A stretch of 64,000 bases of DNA from Piedraia hortae CBS 480.64 (GCA_010093745.1 MU005980.1:149440-213439), one strand, 5' to 3'. Positions 1-11,431 are shown, counted from the stretch's first letter. Numbers and translations are program-made. Notes: generated by a model from the sequence alone, not told the origin.

Positions 1-1679
1 TCAGCCGCAGCCTCCTCGGTCTTGGCTTTTGCGTCATCAACTTGTTTCTGTAGTTCAGCGAGCTGAGAGCGGGTGTTTTCTTCGAGACTGCATTTCATGT
101 TATCCTTCTCCTCACGCAGAGAAGAGGCCAATTGAGTGGCTGTCTCGAGGTCAGCACGCATAGTCGAGAGGGTCGTTTCCAGCTTCGATGACTTCGACTT
201 TGCATCGGATGCCTCAACAGCCAGGCTTGCACTCTTCTCCTGAGCCTCATCCAGGCTTCTGCGCAGGGTAGACAGCTCCGACTCCAGCTCCCTAGCCTTG
301 GAGGCGGAGCCATCTCTCTCGGCTTTGAGGGTGTCATATTCCCCACGAAGCGAAGCAATCTCATCTTCCAGATCAGCCACCTTCTTCGCCGAAGCATCAT
401 GATTTTCATCCAACCTCTGCTGGAAGTCCTCAGTAACCCTTCTCACCTCCTCATCCCTCTCCCCGGCCTCCCTCTCCATCCCCGCAATAACCTCTTGCGA
501 CCTCACCCTCTGCTTTCGTAACTCATCCAACTCCTGCAAATACTGACTCACACACTTCTCCCGCTCGTTCTGCAGCTCCTGCAACCTCGAAATCTGCTCC
601 CCATACTCCTTATCCTTCTTCGCTAGCGCAGCAGCTTGCGTAGCAAGCTGTTCCTTACACCTCGCCTCCAGAGCCTGTACCTTTACCCGCTCCTCTTTCA
701 ATTTCACATCACCATCCTGGGCCTTCTTCCTCTCCCTGCCCAGTTCCAGCCGAAGGGCCTCTTTCTCTTCATCCCGCTTCTTAAGCGCAGCCTCATTCAC
801 CTTTTTCGCAACAGCCAGCTCGTTTTTCACTTGGTCGACAGCAGCACGTTTCTCCTGCGCCTTTTTTCTCTCATCGAGGTTTAATTTCTGCTGACAGCGG
901 TCGATTTCTTCTTTGAGGTCTTTGATCACGAGAGATAGCTGGTCGAGATCGCGGTCTTTGGCTTGGAGCTCCCGCTGGAGTTTTTGCTCTTCTGCTCTTG
1001 CTTCGTGCAGGGCATGCTCTACGATGTGGATTTTGGTGTCGACGGTTGAGAGAGAGGGGGTTTGGCCGTGGTTGGTGGGGCTTTTGGACTTGAAATCCGC
1101 GTCCAGATGGAAGTTGCCGTCTTCTTCGAGTGGTGTGTTGGCGGGGAAGAGGCTGCGGATGGATTGCATGTCTTGCAGGGTGAGTTCGTCCGAAGCCGGG
1201 AGCTTCAGGGCGCCGCGGACTTCAAGCTTCGGGGGCGGCTTCTCGCTGCCTGCGTCGCTTGCGGCGATTTTCGTCTTGGATGGGGCTGATGGTCGTGCAT
1301 TTGCCGCGGCCACTTTGGGCGCAGACGGCTGCTTCGAGGGGAGCTTTGCGACGGTTGGACGGGCGGGGGTGGAGGCTGCGGCAGATTTGGCTGCTGTGGC
1401 CGCTGTGGGAGCGACGGCTCTGGACGTACGGCCTGGGCCTGCTGTCGCGGAGGTTGTCACGGCGCTCCTAGTCGAACTTGTCCGCGATGCGACGGCGGGT
1501 CGCAGCGGCGCAGCGGGTCGCGTCTTGGAGTCGCGTGGCGCATCGCTGGTCGGAGGCCGCCCCAGGGCCGGGCGCTTCGCATCCGTTGTAGTCGCGGACG
1601 TGCGCGCAGTCTTACCCGCAGTCTCCGCTGTCGTTTTGTTGGGCCTGGCCGGGGGCTTCGTCGTCCCGCGAGACGTCAT
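1..1679 (-). CDS. Long coiled-coil protein with T/A/K/P/R-rich N-terminus (runs off window start)
   Basis: Minus-strand ATG at 1679 (MTSRGTTKPPARPNKTTAET...), followed by E/K/Q/L-rich heptad-like sequence towards position 1. Absent from the ORF track, presumably because the stop lies outside the window. Confidence 0.75.
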   Translation of the reverse strand, partial: MTSRGTTKPPARPNKTTAETAGKTARTSATTTDAKRPALGRPPTSDAPRDSKTRPAAPLRPAVASRTSSTRSAVTTSATAGPGRTSRAVAPTAATAAKSAAASTPARPTVAKLPSKQPSAPKVAAANARPSAPSKTKIAASDAGSEKPPPKLEVRGALKLPASDELTLQDMQSIRSLFPANTPLEEDGNFHLDADFKSKSPTNHGQTPSLSTVDTKIHIVEHALHEARAEEQKLQRELQAKDRDLDQLSLVIKDLKEEIDRCQQKLNLDERKKAQEKRAAVDQVKNELAVAKKVNEAALKKRDEEKEALRLELGRERKKAQDGDVKLKEERVKVQALEARCKEQLATQAAALAKKDKEYGEQISRLQELQNEREKCVSQYLQELDELRKQRVRSQEVIAGMEREAGERDEEVRRVTEDFQQRLDENHDASAKKVADLEDEIASLRGEYDTLKAERDGSASKARELESELSTLRRSLDEAQEKSASLAVEASDAKSKSSKLETTLSTMRADLETATQLASSLREEKDNMKCSLEENTRSQLAELQKQVDDAKAKTEEAAA

Positions 1680-2064
1680 CGTGAGTTTGGAATGCGGGAA
1701 GAAGCGGCGGGATGGGGCGGGGGTGATGACGTTGAGCGACGCGGCAGCCACACACCATGGGAAGCTTCCATGTCATCATTGTCGGTAGCGATAACTGTCT
1801 GTGAATGGCCATTTCGTCAGTTCGGTCCATCTGTGCTTATCCAGCGATTGGGGCATGTCACGCCATCTGCCAACCTGACCGCGACGTCACCGTAGATTCC
1901 AGAGTTGGCCTAGTTACATCACAGTCTGTAAACGATGTATTCTATCTAGTGTCTGCTTCCATGTAGTCTTCATGTAGTGTTTGTTCTGCCAAAGTAGATG
2001 CCTCCACTCCATCCCGGAAATCCCCGCTTAGGCGAGACATGGCCGATATCTGAACATCTTTATC

Positions 2065-3597
2065 ATGCTAGCGCTGTCACGAGCCGCTTGGCAGAATTCG
2101 CGGTGGGTTCTGCCAAGAGTGACGAAAACATTTACAACCATGGCGGACAAGAAACCGGCGTTTACGATTGACAAGGTGAACCCGCACGTAGTCGAGGCCA
2201 AGTATGCTGTGCGCGGCGAGTTGGCCGTCAAATCGGAGCAGTATCGCTCCATGTTGGAAAAGGGCGAGGGCAAGAACCTTCCCTTTGACACTGTAATCTC
2301 TGCCAACATCGGCAATCCGCAGCAATTGGACCAGAAACCCATTACCTTCTTCCGTCAGGTTTTGTCCATCTTGGAGAATCCAGATCTGCTGCAGGCGCCC
2401 GATAAGCTCGAGCAGTTTTTTGGCTACAAACCAGACGTAGTGACGAGGGCACAGGAGCTGCTTAAAGCAGTCAAGAGCGTCGGGGCGTATTCGCAGTCGC
2501 AGGGCGCACCTTTGATCCGTCAGAGCGTAGCCAACTTTATCGGAAAACGCGACGGCTACCCTGCCGATGCTAGCTCCATCTTCCTCTGTGGTGGAGCCTC
2601 TTCAGGCGTCAATACCCTGCTCAACTGCATCTGCTCTGGTCCCAAGACGGGCATTCTCGTGCCGATCCCTCAATATCCCCTCTACACGGCCACCCTAAGC
2701 CTCCTCAACGCCCAGATGGTGCCCTACTACCTCAACGAAGAAAATAACTGGAGCACCAGCGTCGACGACATGAAAAAAGCACTTCAAAAAGCTCGCTCCG
2801 ACGGCATCGACGTCCGCGCCGTAGTGGTCATCAACCCAGGCAACCCAACAGGCGGCTCTCTCAGCGAAGCAGACATCCAATCTGTCGTCAAACTCGCCAC
2901 ACACGAAGGTCTCATCATCATGGCAGACGAAGTCTACCAAACCAACATCTTCGCAGGCCAATTCAGCAGTTTCAAAAAGGTCCTCCGCAAGATGCAATCA
3001 GACTCTCCTCGGGAATACGCTTCCACGCAACTAGCATCCCTCCATTCCGTCTCCAAAGGCATGATAGGCGAATGCGGCCATCGCGGCGGCTATTTCGAAC
3101 TCGTCGGGTTCGACGAACAAGTTACGGCTCAAATCTACAAATTCATCTCCATCATGCTCTGTCCTCCTGTTATCGGACAATGCATGGTCGAGGTGATGGT
3201 GAACCCTCCCGCCCCTGGCTCGCCATCCTATGAGCTCTATAGGAAAGAGTACGATGGGATATTTAATTCCCTCCACGACCGCGCGAATGCGCTCTACAAG
3301 GCCTTTGAGGCTATGGAAGGTGTTTCGTGTCGTGTGCCGCAGGGGTCGATGTACCTCTTCCCGACCGTCAAGCTGCCGCAAAAGGCTATTGAGGCGGCGA
3401 AGAAGGAGGGTCGCGCTCCGGATGAGTTTTATTGTTTGAGACTTTTGGATGCGACGGGTGTGTGTATCGTTCCGGGGTCGGGGTTTGGTCAGAAGGAGGG
3501 GACGTTTCATTTTAGGACGACCTTCCTTGCACCGGGGACGGAGTGGGTGGGGAGGATTACGGAGTTTCATAAGAAGTTTATGGATGAGTTTAGGTAG
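2065..3597 (+). CDS. ALT1: Alanine aminotransferase (PLP-dependent, class I/II)
   Basis: YAVRGEL, ANIGNPQQL, INPGNPTG, ADEVYQ, SLHSVSKG(PLP-Lys)MIGECGHRGGY, VPGSGFGQKEGTFHFRTTFL; intronless 510 aa. Confidence 0.96.
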   Translation: MLALSRAAWQNSRWVLPRVTKTFTTMADKKPAFTIDKVNPHVVEAKYAVRGELAVKSEQYRSMLEKGEGKNLPFDTVISANIGNPQQLDQKPITFFRQVLSILENPDLLQAPDKLEQFFGYKPDVVTRAQELLKAVKSVGAYSQSQGAPLIRQSVANFIGKRDGYPADASSIFLCGGASSGVNTLLNCICSGPKTGILVPIPQYPLYTATLSLLNAQMVPYYLNEENNWSTSVDDMKKALQKARSDGIDVRAVVVINPGNPTGGSLSEADIQSVVKLATHEGLIIMADEVYQTNIFAGQFSSFKKVLRKMQSDSPREYASTQLASLHSVSKGMIGECGHRGGYFELVGFDEQVTAQIYKFISIMLCPPVIGQCMVEVMVNPPAPGSPSYELYRKEYDGIFNSLHDRANALYKAFEAMEGVSCRVPQGSMYLFPTVKLPQKAIEAAKKEGRAPDEFYCLRLLDATGVCIVPGSGFGQKEGTFHFRTTFLAPGTEWVGRITEFHKKFMDEFR

Positions 3598-3688
3598 GGT
3601 AGACAGAAAGTTTGCAAGACATTATATCATTGATGGGGGTGGGAATCGGTGGCCTTGGCATCACAAAGTTTGTTTTTAGTGAATATTT

Positions 3689-4413
3689 NNNNNNNNNNNN
3701 NNNNNNNNNNNNNNNNNNNNNNNNNNNNNNNNNNNNNNNNNNNNNNNNNNNNNNNNNNNNNNNNNNNNNNNNNNNNNNNNNNNNNNNNNNNNNNNNNNNN
3801 NNNNNNNNNNNNNNNNNNNNNNNNNNNNNNNNNNNNNNNNNNNNNNNNNNNNNNNNNNNNNNNNNNNNNNNNNNNNNNNNNNNNNNNNNNNNNNNNNNNN
3901 NNNNNNNNNNNNNNNNNNNNNNNNNNNNNNNNNNNNNNNNNNNNNNNNNNNNNNNNNNNNNNNNNNNNNNNNNNNNNNNNNNNNNNNNNNNNNNNNNNNN
4001 NNNNNNNNNNNNNNNNNNNNNNNNNNNNNNNNNNNNNNNNNNNNNNNNNNNNNNNNNNNNNNNNNNNNNNNNNNNNNNNNNNNNNNNNNNNNNNNNNNNN
4101 NNNNNNNNNNNNNNNNNNNNNNNNNNNNNNNNNNNNNNNNNNNNNNNNNNNNNNNNNNNNNNNNNNNNNNNNNNNNNNNNNNNNNNNNNNNNNNNNNNNN
4201 NNNNNNNNNNNNNNNNNNNNNNNNNNNNNNNNNNNNNNNNNNNNNNNNNNNNNNNNNNNNNNNNNNNNNNNNNNNNNNNNNNNNNNNNNNNNNNNNNNNN
4301 NNNNNNNNNNNNNNNNNNNNNNNNNNNNNNNNNNNNNNNNNNNNNNNNNNNNNNNNNNNNNNNNNNNNNNNNNNNNNNNNNNNNNNNNNNNNNNNNNNNN
4401 NNNNNNNNNNNNN
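3689..4413. other. Assembly gap (N run)
   Basis: Run of n. Confidence 1.
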
Positions 4414-5367
4414 ACGCAGGTTCCGTTGATTGTTGTTGCTGGGGGGGTGGGGGTTTGGGTTGTTGATGTTCCTACCAGGACATCTTCCGTTCCGAAACTG
4501 CAGAGGGTTGATTTTCTGGGTGCCATCACGTTGGTGACGAGTTTGGTGTTGTTTCTGTTTGGGCTGAATAGTGGTGGGAATACCCTCCCCTGGACGCATC
4601 CCCTCGTCCCTACCTCCCTGATCCTGGGCGGATTCACACTCCTCGCATTCGTCTACGTCGAATCCCGCGCAGCGGAACCCATCCTCCCCCCCCGCCTCCT
4701 AACCCATCGCACAATCCTCTCCTCCTGTCTCGCAAACTGGTTCGTCTCCATGTCGGTGTACATTTTGATTTACTACACGCCTATATACACCCACGTTGTC
4801 CTCGACTTTACGCCCACCGCCTCCGGCGGGCTGTTCATCCCGCAGGCAGCGGGCTCTGCGTTCGGAAGTCTCGCTGCAGGCCTCATCATGAAAGCCTCAG
4901 GCCGGTACCGCCTCCTCAACCTCGCTTCCCAAACCCTCAATCTAGCGGCTTGCGCGGCTATTCTCGCCACCTTCACCTCAACAGTCCCAACACCGCTGCC
5001 GTTTATCTTCCTCTTCATCATGGGGGTGGGCTATGGAGCTACGCTTACTGTTACGCTCATAGCGATGATCTCAGCGACCGAGCACCGTAATCAGGCGGTC
5101 GTTACGTCGGCGAGTTATGCTTTCAGATCGACAGGCGCGTCGGTCGGGATTTGTCTAGCTGGTGCGGTTTTCCAGAATTTGGTTTGGGGACTTTTGGTGG
5201 AGAGGTTCGGGGAGGGGGAGTTGAGGGAGGGGGTGAGGTTGGCGTTTGTGGGTGCGTTGAGGGGCGTGTGGGCGGTTGCGTTGGGATTGGCGGCGGCGGG
5301 GGCGGGTGTGAGTTTGGGGATTGGGGAACATGTTCTTTTTGGGGATTTGGAGAGGAGGGATACTTGA
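4414..5367 (+). CDS. MFS drug:H+ antiporter (DHA2/VBA-like), 5' part in gap
   Basis: RVDFLGA, GGNTLPWTHP, VESRAAEPILP, SGRYR, QAVVTSASYAFRSTG motifs; many TM segments. Confidence 0.85.
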   Translation, partial: TQVPLIVVAGGVGVWVVDVPTRTSSVPKLQRVDFLGAITLVTSLVLFLFGLNSGGNTLPWTHPLVPTSLILGGFTLLAFVYVESRAAEPILPPRLLTHRTILSSCLANWFVSMSVYILIYYTPIYTHVVLDFTPTASGGLFIPQAAGSAFGSLAAGLIMKASGRYRLLNLASQTLNLAACAAILATFTSTVPTPLPFIFLFIMGVGYGATLTVTLIAMISATEHRNQAVVTSASYAFRSTGASVGICLAGAVFQNLVWGLLVERFGEGELREGVRLAFVGALRGVWAVALGLAAAGAGVSLGIGEHVLFGDLERRDT

Positions 5368-5375
5368 TAGGTTGA

Positions 5376-5439
5376 GGTGGGAAGGTGGGAAGGTGGGAAG
5401 GTGGGAAGGTGGGATGGTGGGATGGTGGGATGGTGGGAA
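5376..5439 (+). repeat. 8-bp tandem repeat (GGTGGGAW)x8
   Basis: GGTGGGAA x4, GGTGGGAT x3, GGTGGGAA x1. Confidence 0.95.
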
Positions 5440-5567
5440 GGAGGGTGTATATGTCGAGTATATCAGTCCAGAGATGGGGATGAATGCAAAAATGCAGTGT
5501 AACTTCCGAGTTGATGTTCTATAGAAAAATGCATTGAACCACTCTATTCCGTCAGCATATCCCGCTC

Positions 5568-6680
5568 TCACTTCCCATCCTTCAACCCAAAAAAACTCTT
5601 CGACCTCTTCACCATCCCAGTGGGTTTCTGTACCTGACCCTCCGACTTCGCCCTATCCCTCAACCCCCAAAAACTCTTTTTCGCTCCAAATTCTTTTCTC
5701 AACCTTTCCGTCTCCCTCCTCAACTCCTCCTCCCTCGTCCTCCTCTCCTTGCTATCAAGCTCCCTCTGCAGTTTGACGGCAAGGACTCTGTCTCTTTCCT
5801 CCTGCCTCTTGACATCCACATGCTCCTCGGGTATGGCATTCTTGCGGAGCATCCCTCCCCCTCCTCCCGTCGCCCTGCCGAGAAACGAAACCCGTCTCCT
5901 CAGCCCAGCCCCAGTCGTTGTGGCGGCCGCATCCCTCCCCGCCGCCCCAGCGTTGATAACAGCAAAAGCGGAAATAATAAGCACAACCTCCAACCCCTTC
6001 CAATCCTCCACCTCCACCCTTTTCCAATTGGACTCGTAGAACGTAACCTCCTTCCCTTTAGCAAACGCCACTAAAATTGGCGGTTCTTTTCCCCTTGGCA
6101 TCCCACTCCCCGGGGTGCTGGGGGAGAGGTAGCACCCCCATCCCCATCCCCTCTCCCTCCACGTGAAACTTACGCGGGGTGTTGTGTCCAGTTCACCAGG
6201 CGAGGGCAGGGTAAGGTCGAGGGCGCTGGGGGAGGGGTGCCGGAATGTTTGGCTGGGTAAACTGAAAGTGTAGTGCTCGCGGAGGAGAGTGTGGGTATGG
6301 GTTAGGGGAACTATGAGGGGGGGATTATGTAGGGTGATAGCGAGGGGATGAGGGAGGCTTCGCTCTCGTTCGGGGACGGCATTGTTGGAGAGAGTCGCTT
6401 TGCTTCCGCTGCCGCCGCTGCCGCCGCCGCCGCCGCTGCTGACTCCAACTCCGGCTCCGACTCTGCTTCCATCTCCTCTTCCGCGGTCGTCGCCTTCGGT
6501 TCCGGCATGGCCTCCCCCATTTTGGTGTGTTCCCAACTCGCCATAGATGATGTCTGAAAAATACGCATCCCTCAGCACATTCCCCACGAGCGAATACACC
6601 GCCCTGGGCTCCTCCCCATTGATCGCAAACAGCACCGTCTCCCCACTCAAATAAAACGTCGGGAGATTCTCATCAAGCAT
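5568..6680 (-). CDS. Conserved-looking fungal hypothetical protein (ORF open to 6761; likely start MLDENLPTFYL at 6680)
   Basis: Intronless ORF. Segments such as DAYFSDIIYGE, SLPSQTFRHPS, YESNWKRVEVEDWKGLEVVL and a C-terminal charged coiled coil resemble an uncharacterised ascomycete family (recalled). Confidence 0.7.
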   Translation of the reverse strand: MLDENLPTFYLSGETVLFAINGEEPRAVYSLVGNVLRDAYFSDIIYGELGTHQNGGGHAGTEGDDRGRGDGSRVGAGVGVSSGGGGGSGGSGSKATLSNNAVPERERSLPHPLAITLHNPPLIVPLTHTHTLLREHYTFSLPSQTFRHPSPSALDLTLPSPGELDTTPRVSFTWRERGWGWGCYLSPSTPGSGMPRGKEPPILVAFAKGKEVTFYESNWKRVEVEDWKGLEVVLIISAFAVINAGAAGRDAAATTTGAGLRRRVSFLGRATGGGGGMLRKNAIPEEHVDVKRQEERDRVLAVKLQRELDSKERRTREEELRRETERLRKEFGAKKSFWGLRDRAKSEGQVQKPTGMVKRSKSFFGLKDGK

Positions 6681-6794
6681 TGTCCTTACATCAAAGTTTT
6701 TCATAAGAGGGATATAACAATCTACTAGGCACAGCCACGAGGCTATGGGGTCAAAGAACATTCGGCCTGCACAGCCACGTTCATGATTCCGTTA

Positions 6795-7757
6795 CTAACG
6801 CCCATTGAGATACTTCCTCGCCATATTCATAACCAGCGGCGTCACGATCGGCGCTACCGCACCATAGTGTTTCTGCCCCTTTTCGACCAACGGGCCGATG
6901 TCATAGTTTCCGATTCTAATTTCCTTTGGTCCTCGATCACGACGACGGTCCCGGCCCCCACGTCGATCATAGTGGTCATCGTATTCGTCCGAGTAGCGAC
7001 GACGATGGCCGGCATGGCGACTGCGACTGCGATTGTAGCCGCGTTCGTAGCCGCGGTCGCGATCTTCGCGGGTAGAGTAGCGGCGATCGTCGTAGCTGTG
7101 TGCGCGTTGGCGTCGGGGGATGTCGCTGTCAGAGTCGTCGTCGTAGTCTCTACGATAGCGGGAGCTGCGTTTATCGCCACGGTGGCGGGATGCGGACCGA
7201 TGGCTCCGACGTCGGGGTTCGTCATCGCTGGAATAGTCCCCGTAGTCGCGCTCTTTGCCCTTGCGGCGGGAACTGCGGTCGTCACGTGCGCGGCGGTGGT
7301 CATCGCCATCGCGGTCGCGGTCGCGGTCGCGGTCTCTGTCTCGTTCACGACGCGGCGGGGCTTCGTAGTCGCTGTAGCTGTCGCGACGGCGGCGAGGCTT
7401 GTCGCGGTAGTCGTCGTGACGTCTGCGAGGGTCATCCATGCTGCCGTGCGAAGACCTTAATGTGCGACCCTCGGCGTTGGTATACTCGCTCGCCTTGGAA
7501 CGGAAGCGCCGGTGGTCCGGCCCTGTCTTGCGCTCGCTGTCGTGAGTTATGTCACCGAGATGCGAGGCGCCGGCTGAGAATTTCGGAATCGACCCAGGGC
7601 GGCAGTACTGGTTGTTGGGCTTCTTCAGAATGCCACGCAGCGGCTTCTTGGGCCCGACGGGAGGTGGGGGAACGTTGGGCTTGACGTCATCCCGCCTGTA
7701 CCCGTAACCTTGCTGCGGCGCCGCGTGATCGTGACGATAGGAATCGTAGGGCGGCAT
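6795..7757 (-). CDS. Arg/Asp/Ser-rich low-complexity hypothetical protein
   Basis: Likely start MPPYDSY at 7757; (RD)n tract; C-terminus YDIGPLVEKGQKHYGAVAPIVTPLVMNMARKYL. Confidence 0.65.
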   Translation of the reverse strand: MPPYDSYRHDHAAPQQGYGYRRDDVKPNVPPPPVGPKKPLRGILKKPNNQYCRPGSIPKFSAGASHLGDITHDSERKTGPDHRRFRSKASEYTNAEGRTLRSSHGSMDDPRRRHDDYRDKPRRRRDSYSDYEAPPRRERDRDRDRDRDRDGDDHRRARDDRSSRRKGKERDYGDYSSDDEPRRRSHRSASRHRGDKRSSRYRRDYDDDSDSDIPRRQRAHSYDDRRYSTREDRDRGYERGYNRSRSRHAGHRRRYSDEYDDHYDRRGGRDRRRDRGPKEIRIGNYDIGPLVEKGQKHYGAVAPIVTPLVMNMARKYLNGR

Positions 7758-7974
7758 GAGTGACGAGCTGAATGATGTTGACGCTGCTGCACGACGGTTG
7801 GGCGGCGGTGCGTCACGGAACAGGCACAGTACAACGGAATCGCCCCGCGCTCGTGACCCCCAGCGTGGCGAGCCCATGCAGCCTGATTGGGCAATAGCCA
7901 ATCACCGTTCTGACGGAACCGTTCCGCTGTCACGGAAAAAAAAAAGTCTTAGGACTTAAATTGTAGACGTAGTT

Positions 7975-9343
7975 ATGGCGAGAGGTGGGTGATGCCGTTT
8001 GCAGTGGATGTTGTGCTGATTGTTGCCAAGACCTCGACCCTGAATCTGACCATACTGTCACTGATGAGTCCTCGGATTCCGAGAGAGAGGATAACCAGCA
8101 AGAAGCACGATCGCATTATGTAAATCTGCCCCAGAGCAAGCTTCGTAAGCGGCAGGAAATTCCTCTCGGGCCGCAGTATCGCGGGAAGAAAGTCGGTCGA
8201 GAGGATTTTGAAGAGGAGGAGAGCGAAGACGATGATCCGTTCACCAAGGGCTTCGAAGGGAGTGACGGTGACAGTCTGGGGATGGCAGAGCCGATGGGAG
8301 ATGATTTATCTGATCAGGGTGATTTATCCGACGAGGACAAAGATGAAGATGACGATGATGACGAAATGGAAGAAGACGAAAAAGACTCTGGCTCCAAATC
8401 CAAAGAATCCATCTTGGAAAAACAAAAAGCGATACTGTCTACCGGCCTCGGTGCAGGTCAAAAGGCCGATGTAGAAAAAGGCCGGGCGGTCAAGAAGCAG
8501 CGAGAGACTTTCAATGTCCTCCTAGGCACGCGAATGAAGCTGCAGAAGGCCCTCATTGGCGTCAACTCGCTGATGGAAGCCAATGAAGTCAGCAACCACA
8601 GCGACCTCATCAAAGCGGCAGAAACGGCAGCGTTCAACCTCTGGTCGTCCTTGAACAAGCTCAGAGAAGAGATGAGTGAGGAAAAGACAGGCCAGAAGCG
8701 CAAACGTCCCGCATTCACCATCAACTCACCTACATCCGAGTTATTGACCCACATGCAGTCGCAGGAGTCTGAAAGTCTAAAACGCCGCAAGACCACAGTG
8801 ATCAAGTGGTCTCCTGCTATCGTCATAGAAGAGGATAAAGCCCTCGCAAAAACTGCCAAAAAGTCGGTCATGGACATGCTCGAATCACATCTCGCCAACA
8901 CCGAGAATCTGTTCAAGCATGCGCGAACCCCTCGCACCTGTGCCCCTTTGCAAGCCTCAGGCGAAGGATCGTCAGGAAGCATCTACGATGACGCAGACTT
9001 TTACGGCCTGCTTCTCAAAGAACTGCTCGAACAGAAGTCACAAGATTCCCTAGCCGCTTCCAGCGTCGATCTCTCCTTTGCGTTGCGTCGACAGGCAAGG
9101 GTGAAGAAGCAGAATGTCGATGTGCGTGCCAGCAAAGGTCGAAAGCTGCGTTACACTGTGCATAAGGAATTGCAGAATATCATGGCGCCTGAAAACAGAT
9201 GCACGTGGAACGATGAGCGGACCGATCATCTCTTTGCTGGGCTCTTCGGTCAGAGGATTACGTTGAATGAGGAAGACAGTGAAAAGAGCGAGGAGGAAGA
9301 CGAGGCAGAGGATACATCAACATTGAAACTATTCCGCGATTGA
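7975..9343 (+). CDS. BFR2: BFR2/AATF rRNA-processing protein (intron 7985-8030)
   Basis: ATG GCG AGA G|gtgggt..gctgat..ccaag|AC CTC GAC; ADVEKGRAVKKQ, IYDDADFYGLLLKELLEQK, VDVRASKGRKLRYTVH (TRAUB domain). Confidence 0.92.
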
Positions 9344-9360
9344 CATTAAGACGTCCTAGA

Positions 9361-11073
9361 TTACAATCTTTCAATCATTTCCGACTTTTCCTTCTGGTCA
9401 AGAGTCTGGCCCAGCCTCTCTTGATCAAACGCCTGAGCGTATTGCTTGCCATTTCTGCCAATTCGGGTCCAGGAGAGATTAAAGGCGGCATCAACCGCCT
9501 CCAGACTAACTCCTGCCAGCTCAGGCAGGAAGAACCACACCCAGAAGAAACCAATTGCGGTTACTGCAGCAAAGAACCACATTGTCCCGCCGTCTGTCAG
9601 AGCAATGAACATGTCCGGTACCGCCTTGGAATTTCCGTATTGGTTGAGAAAGTGAAATGTCATGGCAAACGAGCCTCCGATTGCACGCAGTCGAAGTGGG
9701 TAGATTTCCGAGTTGAGCAGATACTGGATCGAGTTCCATCCCAGCGCCCAGCCGAACCCGCTAAAATATATCATCACTATCGCACCCTCTGCCGCTCGTC
9801 TTTGACTGCCCGTTTCATGCGACCCTTTCTCGTCTGCTGCTGGGTTGATGGTGAGGAACAGGGCCATGTATAACATTGTGATAAACTGCAACATGATTCC
9901 CGTCAGCAGCGACCGCTTACGACCGATCCAGTCGATCAAGATAAAAGCACAGAGCATCGAAGAAACGAATTTGACAACCCCCAGGATGGCTGTTCCGAAG
10001 AGTTTTTGCCGTTGACCCTTTACGCCCATCATGGCAAAGTACTCTGGTGCGTATATCGTAATCGAGCTGGCGCCGCTCCACTGTCCCAAGAGCTGGGACA
10101 TGACGGAAAGCATTAGTCGGTATCGATTGGCGGGGATTGTGATCAGCTCACGGATAGGTCCCAGCCAGGAGGAGCCTCGTGTGGCTTCTTGTTCGCGTTC
10201 CAGCTGAGCGTGGATTTCGGCAAGCTCGTTCTGGATGTACCAGTGGTCCTCTGGCAGGTTTCGAAGCTTGCTCAGACTCTTTGCTGCTTTGTCGTGTTTC
10301 CCGACTTTGATCAGCCAACGGGGCGATTCCACGGCCATGAAAGATAAGCAGACGATGATGACGGCGAAGTAGAAATGCATCAGGTTCGGAATTACCCATT
10401 GAAGGGAAATCTTTGGACTGATGTGGATTGAGGAGCCCCAGCTGGCAAAATAGCCCAGAATCTAGACAGTCAGTCTATGAAATTTCAGATTACGGAGGAC
10501 TTACAATGCCAAAGTATACCGATCCGGAGAACAGACAAACGCAGAGACCGCGGATCGACTTTGGAGCCACTTCGGCAAGATACGTCGGTCCCACAACCGT
10601 TGTCTGTCCGATTCCCACTCCGGCGATGAATCGACCGGCATACACCATGCCAAGATTACCTTTGATACCCGCACACACAAAGATGATAATACCCACTACC
10701 CACCACACACACAACTGCCTCGTCGCCCACAACCGACCCAGCTTATCGGTCGTCGCGAATCCGATCAGCGCCCCAGCAATGGAACCCATCTGCACCATAC
10801 TGGTAATGTTCCCCAAGCGATCAGCCTGCTGATGCTTGGACAGGCCGCCCGCCTCATCCAGACCAAACAGTCGTTTGAAACTCGGCTGCGACGCCGAGGT
10901 TCCTATGAGGCCTTCATCGAGGCCTCGCGCGGCGCCCATGAAACCAAAAGCTGCGTCGTCAATACTGAATAATCATCTGTTAGGACGGTGTTGAGCATAC
11001 CCAAACAAGACACCCATAAGCGCCAGTTGCGAATTTCGCGCGGTTCGTGCGGATCAATCTTTCGGCGCAACAT
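9361..11073 (-). CDS. MFS sugar/quinate-type permease, two introns (~10951-11000, ~10461-10503)
   Basis: DKLGRL, PTYLAEVAPKSIRG, ESPRWL, QWSGASSITIYAP, DWIGRK, SEIYPLRLR, PELAG motifs; splice sites restore the frame. Confidence 0.9.
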
Positions 11074-11431
11074 CCTCCCTTTCTCCAGCCAGAGGCGGCG
11101 GCGACATTCTTTTATATATATATATGCACGAGACCAATCAGACAGCGATGTGTTATGCAAGCAAGTGCGGGGTTGTGGGGTCGACGGGAAGCTTTTTGTG
11201 GGGAAACCGGATTACTTACGGTCAGATGACGGCGCTAATGGGCGGACAGCCACTTGGCCGTTGGGAGTTGATTGATGCGGCCAACGTTTAGTAGACTAGA
11301 GTATTCGACATGACGGACCGTAATGCCACCAACTGGGATTCCGTGAGGTGAGATGGTTCATCCGGCCCGTGCCGTCCCGCTGTCATATTTTCCCTGAACC
11401 TCAGCTGCCCACTTCACGTCCAGTCTGACCT

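Noticed and set aside
913..1788. Long plus-strand ORF (also 6783-7460, 55553-56377, 56918-57589, 63409-63969)
   Set aside because: Antisense shadows of real genes on the opposite strand.
3612..4637. ORFs spanning the N runs (also 12381-13322)
   Set aside because: Artefacts of translating through assembly gaps.
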